Assembly (NCBI GenBank): GCA_963700475.1
Contig: CAVOXR010000014.1
Location: forward strand, 25,215 to 49,214
Direction of reading: 5' to 3'
From: an uncultured Actinomycetes bacterium
GTDB taxonomy: Bacteria; Actinomycetota; Actinomycetes; S36-B12; CAIYMF01
Length of the DNA: 24,000 nucleotides
The notes below the pieces were generated by a model. The model saw nothing but the letters and a program-made list of their open reading frames with translations, did not search any database and was not told where the DNA came from. Numbering within the stretch: position 1 is the stretch's first letter; every line of letters begins with the position of its first letter. Shown piece after piece: positions 11,620 to 18,411 of the stretch. A program made the translations under genes and the position numbers.

Positions 11620-13956
11620 TCAGCGAGCGGACCAGGCTGCGGCGACCGCTGCCTGACCCAGCGCGAGGCCACCGTCGTTGGGCGGCACCACGCCGTGCAC
11701 GAGCACTGTCAAGCCTGCCCGGCGCAGGGACCCCTGACAAGCCGAGGAGAGCACGTCATTGGCGAAGACGCCGCCGGTGAGCCCGACGGTGTCCATGCCA
11801 TACCGGTCGCGGACGAGCAGGACCGCGTCGGTGAGGGCCTCAGCCAGCGCCAGGTGGAATGCGCGGGAGGACCTCGCCGGATCGAGGCCGGCCGCCCGAT
11901 CGGCCACCGCCTGGGCGATCCAGCCCGACGGGTCGAGGATCACGTCGCCCCCCGGGTCCGTGTGCACCACGGGGCCGTACGGGCCCGTCGCGGACCGCCA
12001 ACCGGCCGCCTCCTGCGTGGTGGAGGCCGCCAAGGCCTCCAGCTCGATCGCGGCCTGCGCCTCGTACTCGACCTCGTGTCGGACGTCGAGCAGTGATGCG
12101 ATCGCGTCGAAGAGCCGACCCATGCTTGTCGTGGGCGTGCAGTGCGAACCCGTGGCGAGCATCCGCGCGAGCGCCGCACCCTCGGCCACCGTGCAGGCTG
12201 CGGCACTCGCGGTGCCCTCCCAACCGAGCCCTGCCGCGTGCAGGTGCGCGGCGGCAGTGCGCGCGGGGTGCCTGATCGCGGCATCCCCACCCGGTAGGGC
12301 GATCGGCCGCAGGTGCCCGACCCTCTCGACGTCCGCGTAGCTGCCCAGGAGGAGTTCGCCACCCCAGATGGTGCCGTCGGCGCCGTACCCGGTCCCGTCG
12401 AGGACGACGCCGAGGACGGGTTCCCCGAGGGGCACCCGGTGCTCGGCCAGCAACGACGCCAGGTGCGCATGGTGGTGGCCCACCTCGAGATGCTCGGCCC
12501 CCCGGGCCGAGGCCTGGTCAGCAGCCCAGCGGCGGGACAGGTAACCGGGGTGAGCGTCGGACACGATCACCTCGGGGGTGACCCGCTGCAGCGCGCACAA
12601 GGTCTCCACCGTGCGCTCCAGCATCGCCAGGGTCTCGAGGTTGGCGGTGTCGCCGATGTGCTGGCTGAGCCACGCCGTGCGGCCACTCGCCACGCACAGG
12701 GTGGTCTTGAGCTCGCCTCCCATGGCCAGCATCGGCGGGCCGGCCACGGGGAGGGTCAGGGGCATCGGCGCGTACCCCCGGCTGCGACGCACCGGCTGGG
12801 GCGACCCGGTCACCACGCGGGTCACGGAGTCGTCGCAGGCCACGTGGATGGGGCGGTCGTGGTGGACGAACATGTCTGCCATGCCCGCCAGGCGCTGCTC
12901 GGCCTCGGCCGGGTCGATGCAGATCGGCTCGTCGGCGAGGTTCCCGCTGGTCATCACGAGGAGGCCGGGGGCTCCGGCGTCGAAGAGCAGGTGGTGCAGG
13001 GGGGCGTACGGGAGCATCACGCCGAGGGTCCCGGTGCCGGGCGCCACGTCGGCGACGAGAGAGGCGTCGAGCGCGGGGAGGATCACGATCGGCCGGGCAG
13101 GGGAGGTGAGCAGGGCCTCGGCCGTGCCGTCGATGACGGCCACCTCCCGTGCCGTGGCCAGATCGGCGGCCATGAGGGCGAAGGGCTTGGCCCCACGCTG
13201 CTTGCGGGCGCGCAACGTCGTCACAGCCGACGCATCGCGGGCGTCACAGGCGAGGTGGTAGCCGCCGATCCCCTTGATCGCCACGATCCGCCCCGCCCGC
13301 AGCGCCTGGACCACCTGGTCGACGGGCATCGACAGTCGGGGCCCGCACTCCGGGCAGGCAGTCGGCTGGGCGTGGAACCGCCGGCTGGTCGGGTCGGTGT
13401 ACTCGGCCAGGCACGGTGGGCACAGCGGGAATCCGACCATGGTGGTGTTCACCCGGTCGTAGGGCAGACCGGTGGTGATCGTGTAGCGGGGGCCGCAGTG
13501 GGTGCACGCGATGAACGGGTAGCCGTGCCGACGGTCGGCGGGGTCACGCATCTCGGCCACGCAGGTGTCGCAGACGGCGGTGTCCGGGGGGATCGAGGTG
13601 GCACCCTCACCCGAGCCGCTGGCCACGATGCGGAAGAGGGGCACCCTGGGATCCGGCGAGGTTGCCCCGGCGGCGCGCGACTCCGCCTCGATCGCGTCGT
13701 CCTCGACCGGGTCGAGCACCTCGACCCGGACCTCCTCCACGACCGCCAGTGGGGGCGCCTCCTCGCGGATGCGCCGCTCCAGCTCAGCCAGCACCAGGGA
13801 CGGCCCCTGGGCCTCGAGGAACACCCCGTCCGCGTCGTTTCCCACGAAGCCGGACAGGCCCAGGTCCACGGCCAGCGTGTGGACGAACGGCCGGAACCCG
13901 ACGCCCTGGACGACCCCACTGACCCGCATCCGACAGCGGCTGACGGGATCGCTCAC
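11620..13956 (-). CDS. hypF: Carbamoyltransferase HypF
   Basis: 778 aa. It has an N-terminal acylphosphatase domain (RVSGVVQGVGFRPFV) and two zinc-finger motifs (CDTCVAEMRDPADRRHGYPFIACTHCGPRY; CPPCLAEYTDPTSRRFHAQPTACPECGPRL), followed by YrdC-like and Kae1-like regions. The start is GTG at 13956, with an alternative ATG at 13929. Confidence 0.95.
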   Translation of the reverse strand: MSDPVSRCRMRVSGVVQGVGFRPFVHTLAVDLGLSGFVGNDADGVFLEAQGPSLVLAELERRIREEAPPLAVVEEVRVEVLDPVEDDAIEAESRAAGATSPDPRVPLFRIVASGSGEGATSIPPDTAVCDTCVAEMRDPADRRHGYPFIACTHCGPRYTITTGLPYDRVNTTMVGFPLCPPCLAEYTDPTSRRFHAQPTACPECGPRLSMPVDQVVQALRAGRIVAIKGIGGYHLACDARDASAVTTLRARKQRGAKPFALMAADLATAREVAVIDGTAEALLTSPARPIVILPALDASLVADVAPGTGTLGVMLPYAPLHHLLFDAGAPGLLVMTSGNLADEPICIDPAEAEQRLAGMADMFVHHDRPIHVACDDSVTRVVTGSPQPVRRSRGYAPMPLTLPVAGPPMLAMGGELKTTLCVASGRTAWLSQHIGDTANLETLAMLERTVETLCALQRVTPEVIVSDAHPGYLSRRWAADQASARGAEHLEVGHHHAHLASLLAEHRVPLGEPVLGVVLDGTGYGADGTIWGGELLLGSYADVERVGHLRPIALPGGDAAIRHPARTAAAHLHAAGLGWEGTASAAACTVAEGAALARMLATGSHCTPTTSMGRLFDAIASLLDVRHEVEYEAQAAIELEALAASTTQEAAGWRSATGPYGPVVHTDPGGDVILDPSGWIAQAVADRAAGLDPARSSRAFHLALAEALTDAVLLVRDRYGMDTVGLTGGVFANDVLSSACQGSLRRAGLTVLVHGVVPPNDGGLALGQAAVAAAWSAR

Positions 13957-13980
13957 TGCTCGGTCCAGGTCACGCGCGCA

Positions 13981-16026
13981 TCACGTCGAGAGGACGACGA
14001 TCGACCGGGCCGAGACCGTCACCGACGCGCCCACGGCCGGGGCGTCGGCCACGGCCACCACGTGCTCGGGCGCGCTCAGCGTCGTGTCGACGATCCGACG
14101 CCACTGCCCCGGGGCTTGGACGCTGAACTCGAGAGGATCCCAATGCGCATTGACCATCACGTACAGGTCGCCCTCGCCGTATCGCGCCCCGGACAGGTGC
14201 CAGGCGAGGCTGTGCGACCAGGGCGCGGTGTCGGGTGGGCCGGTCGTGCCGAACCAGGTCACGTCCCCGCGCCAGAACCGGCTGCGGGCGATCGCCCGAC
14301 GCGACTTGCGCAGGGTGATCATCGCCTTGAAGAACTCGTACAGGTCGCGGTGGGTGTCCAGGCGGTCCCAGTCCAGCCAGGTGATCTCGTTGTCCTGGTT
14401 GTACGGGTTGTTGTTGCCGCGCTGGGTGTTGGCGAACTCGTCGCCCGCGACGATCATCGGGACCCCGTTGGACAGCATCATCAGCGCGGCGAAGTTCTTC
14501 ATCTGGCGCATGCGCAGGGCCAGGACCTCCGGCGGAGCGCCCTCGTCGCCCTCCCATCCGCAGTTCCAGCTGCGGTTGTCCGACGAGCCGTCCGTGCCGC
14601 CATGGCCGTTGGCCTCGTTGTGCCGCTCGTTGTAGGACACCAGGTCGTACAGGCAGAACCCGTCGTGGGCGGTGACGAAGTTGATGCTCTGGTAGGGCCG
14701 GTACATGTCGTTCGGGCCGTCGGGGAACAGGTCCGCACTGCCGTACACCCGCGACATCAGCGCCCCGACCAGCCCGTCGTCGCCCTTGACGAATCCGCGG
14801 ACGTCGTCGCGGAACCTCCCGTTCCACTGCCGCCACATGATCCCCGGGAAGCCCTTGCCGAGCTGGTAGGCGCCGAGGTCCCAGGCCTCCGCGGTGACGC
14901 GCAGGTCGTGGGTGCCGGCGAGGATGCCGATCTCGTTGATCATCGGGGGCATGTCGCCCTCGACGCCGCCGTCGGCGTCGCGGGTGAGGATCGAGGCGAG
15001 GTCGAAGCGGTACCCGTCCACGCCCATCTGCTCGGCCCAGTGCGCGAGGCTGCGCAGGACCAGCGCACGGGTGGCGATGTCGGCGGCCTGCGTGGTGTTC
15101 CCGCAGCCGGTGTCGTTGTCGTACGAGCCGTCCGGGCCGACGATGTAGTACGAGTCGTTGTCGATCCCGGCGAGGTTGTAGGTCGGGCCGGTGTGATCGC
15201 CCTCGGCGGTGTGGTTGTACACGACATCGAGCCACAGCTCGATGCCCGCCGCGTGCAGGGCGTCGGCCATCGCGCGGAACTCGGCCACCGCGTCGGCGTG
15301 CGCGTACCCGGAGTGCGGGGCGAAGAAGTTCATCGTCATATAGCCCCAGTAGTTGCCCTCCTGGGGGTCGTACTGGTGAACCGGGAGCAGCTCCACGACC
15401 GTGACGCCGAGGTCCTTGAGGTGGTCGATCTTCTCGATCAGGCCACGGAAGGTCCCGCGCAGCTCCTCGGCCACCCCGCTGTTCGCCCGCGCCGTGAACC
15501 CCTTGACGTGCACCTCGTAGATGACCATGTCGTGGGTGTGCCGGGGGCCGGGGGCCGGAAGCGGCTCATCGGCCCAATCGGCCGTGGGCAACACACCCAG
15601 CGCAGTCCGGCCATCGTTGGCGTCCTCCCCGCGCGCGGCCTCACGCGAGAAACCGGGCGGGAAGTGCAGGCGTCGCGCGTACGGGTCGGACAGCACCTTC
15701 TGGGGCACGAACCGGTTGCGCCCGCCGGAGGGCCCACCCATCCGGTAGGCGTAGTAGGCCGCACCCGGGACCCGGGCGGCGCTGACCAGGCAGTGCCACA
15801 GCCGACCGGTCTTGTGGACCAGCGGGTCGAGGTGGAACTCCAGCAGCGGCGTGGTCACATCCTGTGCCGCGTAGACCAGGAGGGTCACCTCCGTGGCTCT
15901 GCGGGAGTAGATCGAGAAGTTCCACGCCTCCAGCTCCGGCACCCAGGTGGCCCCCACCGGAACAGCCGCGCCCTCCTCGCGCTCCCACGCATCGATCGTG
16001 CGCAGGTACCCCATCTGCTCGACCAT
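13981..16026 (-). CDS. glgX: Glycogen debranching enzyme GlgX (GH13 isoamylase-type)
   Basis: 681 aa. GH13 conserved regions are DVVYNHT, GYRFDLAS, EAWD and FVTAHDGF. The ATG at 16026 is preceded by GGGAGGAGG. Confidence 0.95.
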   Translation of the reverse strand: MVEQMGYLRTIDAWEREEGAAVPVGATWVPELEAWNFSIYSRRATEVTLLVYAAQDVTTPLLEFHLDPLVHKTGRLWHCLVSAARVPGAAYYAYRMGGPSGGRNRFVPQKVLSDPYARRLHFPPGFSREAARGEDANDGRTALGVLPTADWADEPLPAPGPRHTHDMVIYEVHVKGFTARANSGVAEELRGTFRGLIEKIDHLKDLGVTVVELLPVHQYDPQEGNYWGYMTMNFFAPHSGYAHADAVAEFRAMADALHAAGIELWLDVVYNHTAEGDHTGPTYNLAGIDNDSYYIVGPDGSYDNDTGCGNTTQAADIATRALVLRSLAHWAEQMGVDGYRFDLASILTRDADGGVEGDMPPMINEIGILAGTHDLRVTAEAWDLGAYQLGKGFPGIMWRQWNGRFRDDVRGFVKGDDGLVGALMSRVYGSADLFPDGPNDMYRPYQSINFVTAHDGFCLYDLVSYNERHNEANGHGGTDGSSDNRSWNCGWEGDEGAPPEVLALRMRQMKNFAALMMLSNGVPMIVAGDEFANTQRGNNNPYNQDNEITWLDWDRLDTHRDLYEFFKAMITLRKSRRAIARSRFWRGDVTWFGTTGPPDTAPWSHSLAWHLSGARYGEGDLYVMVNAHWDPLEFSVQAPGQWRRIVDTTLSAPEHVVAVADAPAVGASVTVSARSIVVLST

Positions 16027-16090
16027 GTCGACCTCCTCCCGTGAGGCTATTGGGTCCCCCCGACGGACGGCTCGCCCACGAGCAGGCGGA

Positions 16091-16981
16091 TCAGGCGGAT
16101 GCCTCGGTGAAGGCCCCTCTCAGGGCGTCGATCGTGGGCGCATCGAGGCCCAGGCCGTCGGAGAAGTACCCCTCGATCGATCCGAACCTGTCGTGCATCT
16201 CGTCGAGGCCGGCCGTGAGGTAGGCCGGGTCGACCCCGAACACGGGCCTCAGGACCGCGGGGTCGCCGCCGGCCTCGCGGAACTGGTCGAACATCGGCGC
16301 CAGCGCGGGCAGCAGCAGGTCATTGGTGAGCAGGTACTCGGCCATGACCTCCTCGTCGGGCACTCCGAGCAGCATCAGCAGGGCCGCCGCCGCCCAGCCG
16401 GTCCGATCCTTGCCGGTCGTGCAGTGCACCAGGGCAGGACGTCGGTCGGCCACGGCGAGGTCGGTGAAGAGCGCGCGGTACGCAGTGCGTGCGCTGGGCA
16501 GCGCGATGATCTCCCGGTAGGCGGAGTCGAACAGCGACGTGACCCGGTCCCCGGTGAGCGCGGCAGTCGCGGTCGGCGGGTCGGCCAGGAGCGCCATGAG
16601 GTCCGCCGGCACGGCCATCGTCGAGTCGGCCAGGACGTCCAGCGGGTGGTACTCGGCCCCCTCGGGCAGGATGTCCGGAGCGGAGGCCTGCTCCGCCGTG
16701 GTGCGCAGGTCGAAGACGGACCTGATCCCGAGACCTGCCAGCGCGGGGACGTCGGGTCCGGTCAACCGGGACAGGTCCGTGGATCGGTAGAGGGCTCCGG
16801 AGACCACGCGGCCACCGTCGCGGGTCGACCACCCCCCGATGTCGCGCAGGTTCGGCACGCTGGCCAGGCTGAGGCTGGCGCCCGGTCGTGCCGACGACCT
16901 AGGGCGGCCAGCGTCGCCCAGGGGCGCGCCCATCGGGTCCGCGGACCGCCCTGACTCACTCCTCTGCGCCACGTCATCCAC
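16091..16981 (-). CDS. Protein-tyrosine phosphatase family protein (Y_phosphatase3-like)
   Basis: 296 aa with the CX5R active-site loop VHCTTGKDRTG and an upstream NLRDIGG motif. The start is uncertain: GTG at 16981 (1 nt after the lpdA-like stop) or ATG at 16933. Confidence 0.85.
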   Translation of the reverse strand: MDDVAQRSESGRSADPMGAPLGDAGRPRSSARPGASLSLASVPNLRDIGGWSTRDGGRVVSGALYRSTDLSRLTGPDVPALAGLGIRSVFDLRTTAEQASAPDILPEGAEYHPLDVLADSTMAVPADLMALLADPPTATAALTGDRVTSLFDSAYREIIALPSARTAYRALFTDLAVADRRPALVHCTTGKDRTGWAAAALLMLLGVPDEEVMAEYLLTNDLLLPALAPMFDQFREAGGDPAVLRPVFGVDPAYLTAGLDEMHDRFGSIEGYFSDGLGLDAPTIDALRGAFTEASA

Positions 16982-16982
16982 C

Positions 16983-18371
16983 TCAGTCGAACGCGCGCAG
17001 TTGGCGGGCCGCCTCGGCGATCGACCCGGTCAGCGACGGGTACACGGTGAACGTGGCGGCCACCTGGTCCACGGTCAGGCGCTGCTCGACCGCCAGGGTG
17101 AGCCCGAAGATCAGCTCGGAGGCGCGGGGGGCGACCACGACGCCGCCGATCACGATCCGGGTGCCGCGCCGGCAGATGACCTTGACGAAGCCGTCGGTGA
17201 TGCCCAGCATCTTCGCCCGTGCGTTCGTGGCCAGCGGCAGCGTCACGACCTCGGCATTCACGCGACCGGCGTCGAGGTCTGCCTGCGTGTAGCCGACGGT
17301 GGCGATCTCCGGATCGGTGAACACGTTGGAGCTCACGGTCCGCAGGTCCAGGGGCGCGACGGCGCCTCCCAGCGCGTGCCACATCGCGATCCGTCCCTGC
17401 ATCGCTGCCACGGATGCCAGCAGGAGGACTCCGGTGCAGTCGCCGGCGGCGTAGACCCCACGGGCGGAGGTCCGCGAGACCCGGTCGACCTCCACGTGCC
17501 CGGAGGCAGTGGTGCGGACCCCGGCGTCGGCAAGGCCCAGGTCCTCGGTGTTGGGCACCGACCCCACCGCCATCAGGCAGTGCGATCCCTCGACCGTCCG
17601 TCCATCGGCCAGCGTGACCAGCACCCCGTCGGCGGTGCGGGTGGCGGACTCTGCCCGCGATCGGCGCAGGACGGTCATGCCGCGGCGCTCGAACACGTCC
17701 TCGAGGACCTTGGCAGCATCGGGATCCTCGCCCGGAAGCACGTGCTCCCGGCTGGAGACCAGAACCACCTCCGAGCCGAGTGCCTGGTAGGCGCAGGCGA
17801 ACTCCGCTCCGGTGACACCCGAGCCGACCACGACCAGCCGCTCGGGTGCCCTGTCGAGGGCGTAGACCTGCTCCCAGGTCAGGATCCGCTCGCCGTCGGG
17901 GAGCGCGCTGTCCATGACCCGGGGCCGAGCGCCGGTCGCCAGCAGGATCGCGTCCGCCTCGATCCGTTCGCTGCCCCCTGAGGTCATGTCGGCCACCACC
18001 GTGCCCGGGCCATCGAGGCGTCCGCGACCGGCCACCAGCCGAACACCCGCCCGCACGCAGCGCTGGGCGATGTCCTCGCTCTGGGCCGCCGCAAGGTCGC
18101 GGATGCGCAGGTTCACTGCGGCCAGGTCCACACCGACAGCCCCCGCGGCACCGGTGATCCCCAGCGCCTCGCTCTCGCGGACCTGTGTGGCCGACTCGGC
18201 CACCGCCAGCAGTGCCTTGCTCGGCACGCAGTCGGTGAGCACCGCGGATCCGCCGATCCCATCGGAGTCCACGAGCGTGACCGTGGCGCCCATCTGCGCC
18301 GCGACGAGCGCCGCCTCGTACCCGCCCGGGCCGCCGCCGACGATCACCACCGAAGTCATGGCGTCGATCAT
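16983..18371 (-). CDS. lpdA: LpdA-type flavoprotein disulfide-reductase-family NAD(P)H oxidoreductase (quinone-reductase-like, not a canonical E3)
   Basis: 462 aa with an FAD-binding VVIVGGGPGGYEAA motif (ATG 18371, or ATG 18359 giving MTSVVIVGGG). The active-site region is GGSAVLTDCVPSK, which has only one Cys (C48; Ala at the position of the first Cys). The C-terminus is YPSLTGS instead of HPTLSE. This is the pattern I recall for Mtb LpdA Rv3303c. Confidence 0.88.
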   Translation of the reverse strand: MIDAMTSVVIVGGGPGGYEAALVAAQMGATVTLVDSDGIGGSAVLTDCVPSKALLAVAESATQVRESEALGITGAAGAVGVDLAAVNLRIRDLAAAQSEDIAQRCVRAGVRLVAGRGRLDGPGTVVADMTSGGSERIEADAILLATGARPRVMDSALPDGERILTWEQVYALDRAPERLVVVGSGVTGAEFACAYQALGSEVVLVSSREHVLPGEDPDAAKVLEDVFERRGMTVLRRSRAESATRTADGVLVTLADGRTVEGSHCLMAVGSVPNTEDLGLADAGVRTTASGHVEVDRVSRTSARGVYAAGDCTGVLLLASVAAMQGRIAMWHALGGAVAPLDLRTVSSNVFTDPEIATVGYTQADLDAGRVNAEVVTLPLATNARAKMLGITDGFVKVICRRGTRIVIGGVVVAPRASELIFGLTLAVEQRLTVDQVAATFTVYPSLTGSIAEAARQLRAFD

Positions 18372-18411
18372 CGCGCATCAACCGCCCAGCGCGCGCCGGG
18401 GACGGCCGGGG

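Noticed and set aside
12313-16044. A 1243-aa ORF on the plus strand spanning the hypF and glgX regions
   Set aside because: It is antisense to two genes with unmistakable family motifs. The translation is Arg/Gly/Pro/His/Asp-rich low-complexity sequence with no motif. In a genome this GC-rich (over 70% by eye), stop codons are rare in the frame opposite a real gene, so long shadow ORFs are expected.
16936-16947. A 12-bp perfect palindrome GGTCCGCGGACC
   Set aside because: It lies inside, or at the 5' end of, the phosphatase coding region. It is short, and GC-only palindromes of this kind are expected by chance at this base composition. There is no second copy in the window.
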